A stretch of DNA of 64,000 nucleotides from contig OX597830.1 in assembly GCA_951406725.2 (NCBI GenBank), positions 5,084,001-5,148,000 of the forward strand, read 5' to 3'. Shown one piece after another: positions 40,735-52,800 of this stretch. Each line of letters starts with the position of its first letter. The stretch's first letter is position 1. A program made the position numbers and the translations under genes. Source of the DNA: Octopus vulgaris (lineage: Eukaryota). A model generated the notes under the pieces. The model was not told where the DNA came from and did no database searches. It saw only the letters and a list, made by a program, of their open reading frames with translations.

Positions 40735-41475
40735 TCCACACATATACATTCACACATGCACACATTTATGTATTTTTATACATTTCTTTAAGAGCAGCTG
40801 TATATTCTTAAGTGTATAAATTAGTACCAGTTTTTGAATTGAAGTCTTTTTCTATTTATTACTTTCATAGAATTGTTGAAAAAATGATATATCAATGAGT
40901 TTGCAAGAAAATATCTATGTGAAGTTATTGATATTTTTGTCAACTTATTTGATTAATATGTATAATTCAAAATGGGCAGCCCCTAGCCTAGTTTAAGACT
41001 GATTATTTTTCAATAATTTCACAAAAGTCCAAGACATTGCTCAGGGTTTTAACTCTTTCCCATGGTGAGTTTATAGGACAAATATTTTCAAACTTTACGA
41101 CAATCTTCTTATATTTATTTCAGTGAATCTTACAGATAATATTCAATTATATTAATCAACATTATGGCATTGATTATAGATATTTTTGTCTTTCACTCCA
41201 GAATTGATTAAACAAGTAACATCATAACTTATAAAACTGGTGTACTACAAATCAGAAATTAGTAATACATGGTTTCAGGATTACTATGGATTATTAGACA
41301 CTTTAACCTTTCTGTTTAAACCTTTCAGTTTAATCTTTCTGACTTGCATTTTCAGGCTGAGTTGGTCATATTTGGAAAGTTTATATAAACCATGAGAGTA
41401 TTCTAGTTTTAGGTCATCCTATGAATCAGATATCTTCATCACACAGTTATAATTTGTAGTGTAAAATCAACCTAA

Positions 41476-41695
41476 CCCTTTTGTATTCCGATTCTTTTGT
41501 AAAATGCAAGGCTCATTCATTCACATTATTTTGAATTAATCCTGCATTATCTCAAAGCTTCAAGATTACAACGATGTCATTGTTTATTTTTAGAATAATA
41601 TTGTAGGGCAGGTGTGAGAGGCCTGATCTGGCTAATTTGAACTGAAAATAGGTAGAATATCTGGGCTAGATGTGACCAGATTCAATGCTAAAGGA
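41476..41695 (+). mobile_element. TTAA-type (piggyBac-like) MITE
   Basis: ctaa|cccttttgtatt ... aatgctaaagga|ttaa: degenerate TIRs with TTAA-like flanks. Confidence 0.65.
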
Positions 41696-42542
41696 TTAAA
41701 GAACTAGTTAAAATGTCTTGTTTACCAATGTGTCTTTGGTAACGTTAATGCTGTTCCCTTTTCTAAACCAAACCAAACCACACATGGTAATTTATTTCCA
41801 CTATTAGACTTTACCCTGTTTCTTAGTGATAAGAGTTCTTGCAATTTCAACTTTTTAGATTCTACACTTCTACTGTTGTATTACTAGTTCCTGTTGATCT
41901 GGTAACTCTACAATATAATATTGTTTTATTACTATTAAATATAGAAAATTTCCATAAAATCAATAGTGGTAACAGCCCTGAAATGAGTAAACTTCATTTC
42001 GAATCATCCATATCATACCAAACATTGTTTATTTCATTTCATCACTCAACCCCACCTAAAAATGGACCATTCACCCAAAGAGAAAGATTCCTTGACAACC
42101 GTTACAACCAAAAGCAACCACCAGGCATTAAAAACAGACATTCACAACCCTTCAGTGAGACCCACAATAGAACTGCTCCATAGAACTGTACTCCTAATGT
42201 ACATGCAGATATTCTAGAACAGGGTTTCTAACAAGGATGGAAAGGAGCTCTGTGAGGATTAAAATAGTGTGGATTAGTTGAGGTATTTTATAAAAGGTTT
42301 TAGTCTCTATGCATGCCTCACCATTGCAGTTACTTGGAATTTAATATTAGATGTTACTAGTGCCTAACCACAATGGGTCCTCAGGGGAACACTTTATTGC
42401 ATTCTGTTAGAATCCAAAGTGAGACACATGGTGAGGTATTTAGAGATGGAGGTAGAAAGAAAGGGGTGGAGAGAAAAATGGGAAAAGGCAGGAAATAGAA
42501 GTAAACAGAATAAACATAAAGGTTTGCTAAATATATAAACAG

Positions 42543-42720
42543 AAGTGGCTGTGTGGTAAGAAGCTTGCTCCCCAACCACACAGCTCCGGGCCCAGCCCCA
42601 CTGCAGGACACCTTGGTAAAGTGTCCCATACTACAGCCTTGGGCCAACCAAAGCCCTGTGAACAAACCCGGCAGATCGAAACTGAAAGAAGCCCGTCGTA
42701 TGTGTGTGTGTATATACATA

Positions 42721-42776
<56 letters not shown>
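42543..42776 (+). mobile_element. SINE 5' half ending in its internal microsatellite
   Basis: gtggctgtgtggtaagaagcttgct...gaaactgaaagaagcccgtcg followed by (TG)/(TA)n. Confidence 0.8.
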
Positions 42777-43482
42777 GGACTAATTGGATAAAAGCCCAAA
42801 TAGACAAAAAGCAAGTAGATTCCCAATGTGGGTTATGCAAATCAAAAGAAGAAAGTGTTACTCATGTAGTAAGTGAATGTAGCATTCTGACACAGAAAGA
42901 ATACATGAAAAGACATGATAACCTAGGGAGAGTAATCCACTGGGAGTTATGTAGAAAGCTAGGATTTGAACACACTGATAAATGATATGAACATGAACCT
43001 AGTAAAGTACTAGAAAGTAAGAAATACAAGATGATGTATGATTTTAACATTTGGACTGACAGAGTAATAGAAGCTAGAAGGCCTGATTTGGTAGTAGTAG
43101 TAGTAGTAGATAAAGAGAATAGAAAGTGCCAGATAATGGTCTTTACAGTCTTAAATGATGAAAAAAAAAAGCAATATGAGAGGTACAAAAAAAATAGAAA
43201 AGTACCAGGCCCTAGCCATTGAATTACAGAGACTATGGAAAGTGCAGGTAAAATGTATCCCAGTATAGTTCAATTGGGAACTATCCCTAAACCTTTGGAC
43301 AGATGGACAGAGGAAATAGGCATAAAACCAAGTTTAGTACAGCTGCAGAAAACCATGTTATTAGGGACAGCTAGGATATTTGGGAGGGTTCTCGGCATGA
43401 GGTTACTTGTTGTAGCCCGATGTTAGGATTCTTTTCTTTTCCAACAGTCTAATCTATTGTGTGTATATGAATATAATAATAA
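42777..43482 (+). mobile_element. R4/Dong-clade (RLE) LINE 3' fragment
   Basis: CCHC knuckle CGLCKSKEESVTHVVSEC, YMKRHD..IHW, TDRVIEARRPDLVVV (PD-(D/E)xK nuclease) and LQKTMLLGTARI. In-frame stop and frameshifts; ends in (AAT)n. Confidence 0.9.
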
Positions 43483-43484
43483 CT

Positions 43485-43812
43485 AGCATGGAGAAACTCT
43501 CAAAATGCAAAAATCTGGAAATAGAGGTAACTTGAAAATGGAGCCTAAAAACCGAAACAATCCCTATAGTAACATTAGGTATGATTAAAACACATACAAA
43601 TGCATAACCAAAACCACAGGACTTGCGAATGTATATAACATACAGAAAATAGCACTACTAGGCACCGCATACATCCTACGCAAAGTACTTTCAATACAGT
43701 CAATATAAGAGTACCCAACAAATCACAGCACATACCCAAGGTACACAGAGTTGCACCCAGTGGTGCTGTGAAAGCATGTGACAAAAATATGACTACTGAA
43801 TAATAATAATAA
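43485..43812 (+). mobile_element. Second, distinct R4/Dong LINE 3' end
   Basis: LEIEV..WSLKTETIPIV..LGMIK...IQKIALLGTAYILRKVLSIQ, then a 3'UTR and (AAT)n tail. Confidence 0.8.
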
Positions 43813-45449
43813 TTTCTTTTATTTGCCACCAGGGTGGAGGGGATAGGCTTCGAAAAGAAACACTGAATGAACGTCACTATAAACTATCAGTAATTTATGA
43901 CGGAGTTTATATTTGGTCTTACACTGCCAGTCACAAGACTATATACTAAATCAACTTTTAATACTTCTGGACTAATCATTAAAGTTGGTGAAAAACCTAA
44001 TATGACCAATTTCAATATGTCTTTAATTTTGCAAATGTGAGACTAAATCAACCCCAAAGGGCCAGAGCTGTCAGTGTACAGTTGTCATTGTAACAAGTAT
44101 ATATTTCATTTATGCTACATTCATTTGTTTATTGGAAATAATATCCTATTGTTAATCAAATTTTATAATTAGTTGATCTCACTTGTCTAATACTACTGTC
44201 ATGTGTCTATAGAATATGGTTTGTGCTTATGGAAAAGAAAAATAAATAAAATCATTTGAAAAAGACTAAAAATAGAGGTAGCATTCACAACTTTCCCAAG
44301 GGTATTTGAAGATAGGATCACTTACAAAAAAAGGGGAGGTTCCTTCAATTAAAAAGTTAAATATTAAAACTGAAAATACATCTTTTTCATTTGTCCGGTA
44401 TTTGTGAACAAGAGAATTATAGTTTCTAGCTGGACACTCATTGGTCTGATTAACAAAGTTGATTAATTAGTGACAAGGTTCCAGTATGTATTTTAATTTC
44501 ATTTAAATTTTCAGAGCGGCAGTAATAATTTGACATTTTACAACATCACAGACATAAATACTAGGATTAACTTTGTATGGAGTTGGCAAAAGAATCATGT
44601 GAATTTGCCAAGCCTTGAGAACGAAATTATATTATTTTTGTTTGTTTGGTTGGATATTTATGCCTTATTCCTTGCAATAAATTTTACATGTTTCATCAGA
44701 CCTAAACTTATTTATTAATGCTACATGATTTATTATTACATTATAATTAATTTAATGTGTGTTTATGTGAGACTGAATATGTGATAGAAATATTTTCCAT
44801 CAACAATTCTACAGAGCAAATGAGATTTCTAGTGAGATGAGGCAGTTTAGTAAACAAATGGATCGTTGGTTCAAATCTTTGTACAGTACTTCTGTCTGGA
44901 ACTCACAGTGATTCTTTCCCCACAGTTCAAAATAAATGAGTTTAGTAGCCAAGTGTCATTAAATGACTTGTTAATGCACACAGCACCAACTTCAGTTTGA
45001 TTCAAGACAAAATCTGGAATGAATTGATATTCCAATCCAGTGAATAGAATATCTCAGCCATGTTCACATTACTTATCAATTTTTAAATGTCCCTCTATAG
45101 ATACGATTCCTTTTTATTCATTTATAGGAATACTATATTTTAAAAATTACACTTTTCTAGTTAGTTATATGTGATGAAATCATTTGATAACATGGCAACA
45201 TTTTATTAAACTGCATTTAGATTTATGGTAAAGTATAACATTGTCTCACAATGATTCTATTTAGAGCTGGCCTTTGAATTTCCACACAGCCATTATTTCT
45301 AATTTAAATGCAATAAATCATTTCATCCGTAAAACAGAACGAAAATATTCATGAGTGTTGGAATAATCAAGAAATGTATATTGAAAATATGACCGATACC
45401 AAGCAGTTACATGTGTATATATATAGTTTAACGTAAATCCATGTCTGCA

Positions 45450-45785
45450 AGGAAATCGACCCAAAGACTTATTCTTTCTAAGCCTAGAACTTACTCTATC
45501 GGTCTCTTTTGCCAAACCACTAAGTTACGGGGACCTAAACACACCAGCATCGGTTGTCAAACGATGTTGGAGGGGGGGGACAAACACAGACACACAAACA
45601 CATATATATACATATACATATATACGACGAGCTTCTTTCAGTTTCCGTCTACCAAATCAACTGACAAGGGTTTGGTCAGCCTGAGGCTATAGTAAAAGAC
45701 ACTTGCTCAAGGTGCCACGCAGGGGGACTGAACCCAGAACCATGTGGTTGATAAGCAAGCTACATACCACACAGCCACTCCTGCA
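45450..45785 (-). mobile_element. tRNA-derived SINE (30380 family)
   Basis: Reverse complement of gcaggagtggctgtgtggta...ggttcagtcccc. Confidence 0.88.
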
Positions 45786-45911
45786 CCATAAACTGTCAAA
45801 TTTTCTAATATTTGCACAGAATTATCAGTATTAGTAATTGTGAATTATTTAATGGAGAGAAGCAAATAAATTTTAATAAAATAGAAAAAGTAATCATTTT
45901 GTGTTGAGAAG

Positions 45912-45995
45912 TTCTGCATGGCCAAGCAGCAGTGTAAGCTTTTAGTTTAAGGCACCAGTCTCTTCAGAGCATGGGTTTGTATCCCACCACTGCCA
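45912..45995 (+). pseudogene. Decayed tRNA-Leu(AAG) pseudogene
   Basis: gcatggccaagc...tttaaggcaccagtctcttcagagcatgggtttgtatcccaccactgcca aligns to eukaryotic tRNA-Leu(AAG) GCGTGGCCGAGC...TTAAGGCTCCAGTCTCTTCGGAGGCGTGGGTTCGAATCCCACCGCTGCCA. Several differences are CpG->TpG/CpA. Confidence 0.75.
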
Positions 45996-46221
45996 GTAAT
46001 ATTTTATAGGTACAGGTATGACTGAGTGGTTAAGAAGCCCACATTGCAACCTTGTGGTTTCAGTTTCAGGCCCACTGTGCAGCACCTTGGAAAAGGATTT
46101 CCACTACAAGCATAGGCCAGCCAATAACTTGTGAATAAATTTGGCAGAATACTGTGTGGAAACAGCATGTGCACTTGTGTGTGTGTGAGTAAATATATAT
46201 GTGTGTATGTGTGTATTGCTT

Positions 46222-46603
46222 GAGGAGACCTATTGAGTTAAGTACATCAACATCAAAAAATCAAATGGAAATTGTAGTAGTGATACCTGTGCTGGTGGCA
46301 CATAAATGCACCATTCGAATGTGGCTGATGCCAGCATCACCTTTGACTGGCTTCTGTGCTGGCGGCACATAAAAAGCACCAACTGATCATGGCCGTTTGC
46401 CAGCCTTCCCTGGCACCTGTGCCGGTAGCACGTAAAAAGCACCCACTACATTCATGGAGTGGTTGGCATTAGGAAGTCCATCCAGCTGTAGAAACACTGC
46501 CAGATCAGACTGGAGCCTGGTGCAGCCTCCTGGCTTCCCAGACCCTGGTCGAACCGTCCAACCCATGCTAGCATAGAAAACGGACGTTAAACGGTGATGA
46601 TGA
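46222..46603 (+). mobile_element. RTE 3'UTR fragment, preceded by a degenerate SINE head at ~46010-46200
   Basis: Same modules and (GAT)n tail as 51860-52292. Confidence 0.85.
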
Positions 46604-49600
46604 TATATATATACACACACACACACACATATATATAACACAGTGGATAGGATGAAAGATCAAGATGATTGCTGATTCACTGTTCTTGAGAAGGTCTATC
46701 AAGCACAACAAAAGTGATGTCCTAAAAGCACTGATATTGTTATAGCCCATTCTGTTGCCGAGCATTCCTCACATCCCATTCCCCTAACAGGCAACCCTGT
46801 ATCAGCCCACATAATACTCTGCCCTATTTCGCTGACCACATTTCTATGCTTTCAGTTATCCTTCCCCTCTACCACATTCCTTTCTATACTATTAAACATG
46901 TCACACATTTGCTTTCATACACCCTCTCCCTCCTTTCCACTCCTACACATCACCCCTCTCACCAACCTTCAGATCTATCCTTCTTGAGCCACTTCTATCC
47001 CTCACCTTAGCCACCCCCTCTGCCATACAGATATCTCCCATCAACTCTAATTCCTCCAAACCTCATCTCTAACCATCAGTCACCCTCCCATCACGGCTCA
47101 CTTTCATGTACCTTGGGAATTTGCTCTGGCACTACAACAGTACCCTACTCCTTGCCACTCCTATATAATGTATGGTACCCACGTATCCCCTTTGTCCTAT
47201 TATGCTTATCTTTGGCTTGAAGTCATCCCTCTACACACACAAACCCTCGAAATACCACCACCTAGAGCTTCCCCCCATTCTCTCTCTCTCTCTCTCTCTT
47301 GCAACCTCACTAGTGATTGTATCATGAAAGATAATACCTAACACACACTGTAATGTGGATGTCATTAGGAAACACATCCAGCCATAGAGACTGTGTATGT
47401 GCACGTGTGTGTGTGTGTGCGTGTGTGTGTGCGTGTGTGTGCGTGCATGTGTGTGTCCCCTCCACCACCATAGCTTGATAACTAGAAGTGATTTTTTTGT
47501 ATCCATATAATCTAATGGTTTGGCAAAAGAGACTGACTGATAAATTAAGTACCAGTCTTGAACCAAAAGCCTGGTACTTATTCTACTTTGAAGGTGGAAT
47601 TCCACCATGACCACACTGAAACAACTTGAAGAAAAAAAAAATCTAACCTTTCTCTATATGTCAACAGTTCTAAGGGTAAAACTACAAACTTGCATGTTGA
47701 ACAATAAAATATTGGAGCAGATGCTAGAAATATAACCAAAGTTTGAGGGTTTACTTGTTTTATATGTAAATTAAGAGTTTCTAAAAAGCAATAATTGGGT
47801 AAATTTGGAGAAAATGAAACTAAAAATAATTTAGAAAATATAAGAAAGGCTGATAAATTGTTACCCAAAATTACTTTAACTTGGCAAACTTTTTGGATTA
47901 TTGTGAAATACTTTGCTACTGTAAATTAAGAAATATGTGTTTTTAGATATCATTTTAAAAAATGTACACTACACACACAAGTGTATGCAAATTATGAATG
48001 TAAAGGATTGATTAATCTCTTCGAAAATCATTCCAAACATGAGCGGCAAAATCTAGTTATATATTATTCTTGTAATTCACCGTTTATCAAAGAAAATAGA
48101 TCTTCTGTGTTTACGGATCAGTATTACTAGCAAAACTAAATTCACAGGATGAATATATTTTTAAATTATGAAAACTTTTAGAAAAAAAATTAATATAATT
48201 TTGTTACAGTGAAAATATTTTAGGATTTTAAAATATGGTGCTCTCAATTTTATTCATAACAGATTGTCAATAATAATTTCCAATAATTTATTCATAGAAT
48301 TAAAATGTCAGACATTGCACCTTGTTGAAGGTTTAGTGTTGATGAAAGAAGAAAAAAAAAAACTGTAATGTAATAAAAGAAATATTTCAAGCTTTCATGT
48401 TAAAAAAACAAACAAAAAAAAACTTGGAATGTCTTCATAAATTTTTAGGAAATATTCTAAAAGCAAATTAAAGAGAAAAGTAGTTTTGAAAGAAAATGTA
48501 AAACTAGCCTGAAATCCAAGCCAACTGCTCTATTAATGTTGAAAAAATGTCCAAGTAGCATCATTCTTTTTTTGTAATAGTTACTTATAAGATATACAAT
48601 TTGACAAGTATATTATATGTGGTATTATGAATAATATATACATATATGTATGTACATCAATATTTCTATATATTGAAATAAGTGCTACAAATGTGTAGCA
48701 CACATGAAGCTTTTAGCAAACTCTATGAAGTGATTTCACTATTATAACTCAAGATCTTTCGTACTTAAAAAATATATATTGATAAATATACTTTCACCTT
48801 TTACATATTTAACTGAAATATATGCATATTGTTGATACATATCTATAAAAATTCTACCAGTAAAGCTTTTAGCTAACAGAATAGAAAATGGTTCCATAAT
48901 TTCTTAATGTTCAGAATTGTTAAAATATCCAGCAATCTTTGTCCAAATTGGCAGAGGTGCTGATAAAATTCTTATTAAAACTAAATCAGAAATTGCAAAA
49001 TCATCTTCAATAATTTTCCTTAAAGCTATCTATTTTTTTTCTTTTTTTTTTTTAAGTTTTTACAATTTTCAAATTTAATTCAACTATAATTGTTTCTGCA
49101 GAACTGCTGTAATCAAATTTCAGTGTTCTATTCAAATATTACTAAGTTTGTGATCTATCCTGTTTCTTTATTATGCAATGCTCTACTAAAACTTAAGGAT
49201 ATAAAGAGCTGAACAGTGAAACAAAGATTTGCAATTTAAGCAATGCACACAAAATAATTCCATTTGAAATTTTCTTCCTCCTATTTTACATCTACATTTA
49301 TTATAATAAACCAGAACTCAATTATAACGAATGTCCTTTACATCTATTAAGTTACTTGATCTTTCTATGTTTTTTGCAAATTCATTCTTCTAATAACTAT
49401 TTTTCTCTAAAACAGTGGCTAACATAAAATTTATATTTTCAAACTTTTACTTTAAGGAACACTTAGCAAAATATGGACAAAGATTTTCTTTACTCATTCT
49501 GGTATCAACTGTATGACAGAGCAAATTAAATAACTTTAGAGCCAATGTAAGAATGTTGGCCCTGGACATCAAGTGCTTTGAAGTCCCTAATGTTATTTTC

Positions 49601-50960
49601 AAAAACCTATAATTCAATTACTGAAGGCCGTCCAGCTGACAAAGACTTATGAGATAGAGCCTCTAAAGCCACATATCTCCACCCTGTATTAAAAAAGAAC
49701 AAGCGCAACGAGTATAAGCTCAATTTGATGTTTCTAATTTATTTCATTCGATATTCATTTCATACAGGGCAGTCGGTCATCACTAGCAACTTAGTATGGC
49801 TTGGTAACAAGTAAAATGCTTTCAGTAATTCTTTAAGGTTCCTAGACACAAGTTGAAAAACTCTCTTAGCTCTTCTCATGAGTTCAAATCCCACTGTGGT
49901 CAGCTTCATCTTCCTCTTTTCAGGGTCAATAACTAAGTATCAATCCCATATGGTGCATTAACAGAACTTTTAGAGGGTCAAGCAAGATATCTTACGCTGG
50001 CTGTTCTGGCTCTTAAGTACCAAACTATATCAGCTCTAGCTTGCAGCCTTTTCTTTAGATAAATTTAGGTGGCATGGAGAAGATTTGCATTCATGAGCAA
50101 CTTGAAGTCTTTCTCAAAAGGAAAAACAGCATTGACCTAGCCTGGAAGTACATATGCAATAAGCAGATGCATGGTCAATGCTGAATGCAGGAAACCCTAA
50201 TGTGGTCAACTTAATTTCTATTGTAAATACTTAAAGAATTTTTATAAACAAATTAGAAATCTTCTTAAAATGTTTAATCATTAAATGAGAATTTTAAGTG
50301 AGGCATAAGTGAGGTTATACTTCATAATTCCTTCTTATTTTTGATATTTCTTAATAATTGTTGTCTGTCAGGATCTATAAAAATTAAACTATGATTGGAA
50401 GAGGACTTTGGAGCACACAAGTAAAATCTCTATTTAGTAAAGTCTTGGAATTTGTTACAATGCCTAGTAAAACGAATGTGTAGTAAATACATAAAGTAGG
50501 TTGAAATATACAACAACCATTTCAACAATATACATAAAGAATGATTTCTATTTCTTTTCACTCTGACAAGATTGATTTTATTCTATTTGACTGGCTGTTT
50601 TATTGATTAAAAAATAAATGTATTTCAATAAGAAGTTACAATAAATGAGAAAGAGGTAGAGAGGGTGGGGAGGAGAGGGAGAGACTGACAGTGTATCTGT
50701 TGTTTTTGTCCCCAATGAAACAATTTAACTATGTAAGAAAATAATGCCCAAAAGAAGAATATATTTTTTAAAATCAGCTGTAGAAAAGATTAATGATTGT
50801 TTGCAGATTTACCATCTTTGTGGTAAACATAAATCATTTTCAACAAGTACTTTTTTAGTTTCAAGAAGTCCCACTTAAACATATACATGTGTGTGCATGT
50901 TATATACACACACACATAAATATATTTATATACATTATATATATATATATATATATATAT

Positions 50961-52292
50961 GAGATGCAGCAATGTCAAAGGAAGGCTAACTAGGAAGATG
51001 GTTTTTGTATGTGGCAGATGCTCAGGAACAATAAACACTGAAAATGCTCTGAGACCAACTTCCGTCACTTTCCAGGGAGAAAAACTAGAAATAGTTGATA
51101 GTTTCCGTTACCTAGGTGACCAAGTCAGCAGCGGGGGCGGGTGTGCTGAAAGTGTAACTGCTAGAGTAAGAATAGCTTGGGCAAAGTTCAGAGAGCTCTT
51201 ACCTCTGCTGGTGACAAAAGGCCTCTCGCACAGAGTGAAAGGCAGACTGTATGATGCGTGTGTACGAACAGCCATGCTACATGGCAGTGAAACATGGGCC
51301 GTGACTGCTGAGGATATGCGTAAGCTCGCTAGAAATGAAGCCAGTATGCTCCGATGGATGTGTAATGCCGGTACTCACACTCAGCAGAGTGTAAGTACCT
51401 TGAGAGAAAAGCTGGACCTAAGAAGCATCAGTTGTGGTGTGCAAGAGAGACGTTTGCGCTGGTATGGTCATGTGGCGAGAATGGATGAAGATAGTTGTGT
51501 GAAAAAGTGCCACACCCTAGCGGTTGAGGGAACCTGTGGAAGAGGCAGACCCAGGAAAACCTGGGACGAGGTGGTGAAGCACGACCTTCGAACTTTAGGT
51601 CTCACTGAGGAAATGACTAGAGACCGAGACCTCTGGAAGTGTGCTGTGTTCGAGAAGACCCGGCAGGACAAGTGAGTCCATAACCCGTGGCCTTCTACAT
51701 GGGATGGAGCCAGCCTACGTATGCATACCTTCCCTTCTTGGGACACAAAACTCTACTTGTGAAGACGTGTTGAGGCAAGTGAGGATCAGAATCGAAATCG
51801 ATCAATGGAAATTGCGGATGTGCTACCAGTGCCGGTGGCATGTCAAAACTCTGCTTGTGAAGACCCGTTGAGGCAAGTGAGGATCAGAATCGAAATCGAT
51901 CAATGGAAATCGATCAATGGAAATTGCAGATGTGTTACCAGTGCCGGTGGCATGTAAGAGAACTTTCCGTTTCATGACCATTGCCAGCACTGCCCCGTTT
52001 TGTGTCCGTTGCCAGCCTCGCCTGGCACTCGTGCCGGTGGCACATAAAAAGCACCATCCGTTCGTGGCCGTTTGCCAGCTCTGTCTGGCACCAGTGCGGG
52101 TGGCACGCAAAAAGCACCCACTACACTCACGGAGTGGTTGGCGTTAGGAAGGGCATCCAGCCGTAGAAACACTGCCAGATTTGACTGGGCCTGATGAAGC
52201 CTTCTGTGTTCACAGACCCCAGTAGAACCGTCCAACCCATGCTAGCATGGAAAACGGACGCTAAACGATGATGATGATGATGATGATGATGA
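50961..52292 (+). mobile_element. RTE LINE (family A), 5'-truncated, intact ORF end (50961-51675), 3'UTR and (GAT)n tail
   Basis: 238-aa uninterrupted frame: RCS..FVCGRC, VDSFRYLGD, RVRIAWAKFREL, KGRLYDACVRTAMLHGSETW, RRLRWYGHVARM, GRGRPRKTW, DRDLW. Confidence 0.95.
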
Positions 52293-52469
52293 TATATATA
52301 TATATCTTCAAATACATGAATATATACATACACATATATTGGTCAATTTATGAAACCTCAATGCTGATGTACTTATTCATAAAACCCCTTTCTCTAAATT
52401 AGTCAGGAAAAAGGAGCAGTGTGCATGAGCTCAGGCCTTCAAATATTAGTGAGGACTTATGGTTGATGT

Positions 52470-52800
52470 TCACTTTGAACATTCATTAGTCAATGTCTGC
52501 AAGAAAGATGCTGACATGAAAGAGATTCCAAAGGACTGATGTTCTGGAAAGAAAAGATTGAACACAACAATTAGAGTGGAACTTAGATGAGAAAGCATGG
52601 TTGATGTAACAAGAGGAGAAGTAATGGACATGATAGGTAGAAATGGGTAGAGTTATCTACATTTTGAGGAACAGAGATCATTGTAGAAGAGGCCGGGTGA
52701 AGAGATGGCTTAAGAAATAAAAATATTGCTAAATCAAAGAAATGTTGGAACAGTCTGAAGTGTGAGTGCCAGATATATTGTAATTACGACAGGGTTAACA
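52470..52800 (-). mobile_element. Ancient LINE 3' remnant (CR1/L2/Jockey group)
   Basis: Minus strand FFPEHQ/SVLWN-like tcttttctttccagaacatcagtcctttggaatc and ctcttctacaatgatctctgttcc. Confidence 0.45.

Noticed and set aside
44515-44718. Plus-strand exon (SGSNNLTFYNITD...) possibly joining the 39992 ATG
   Set aside because: No convincing donor, AT-rich composition and no recognisable homology.
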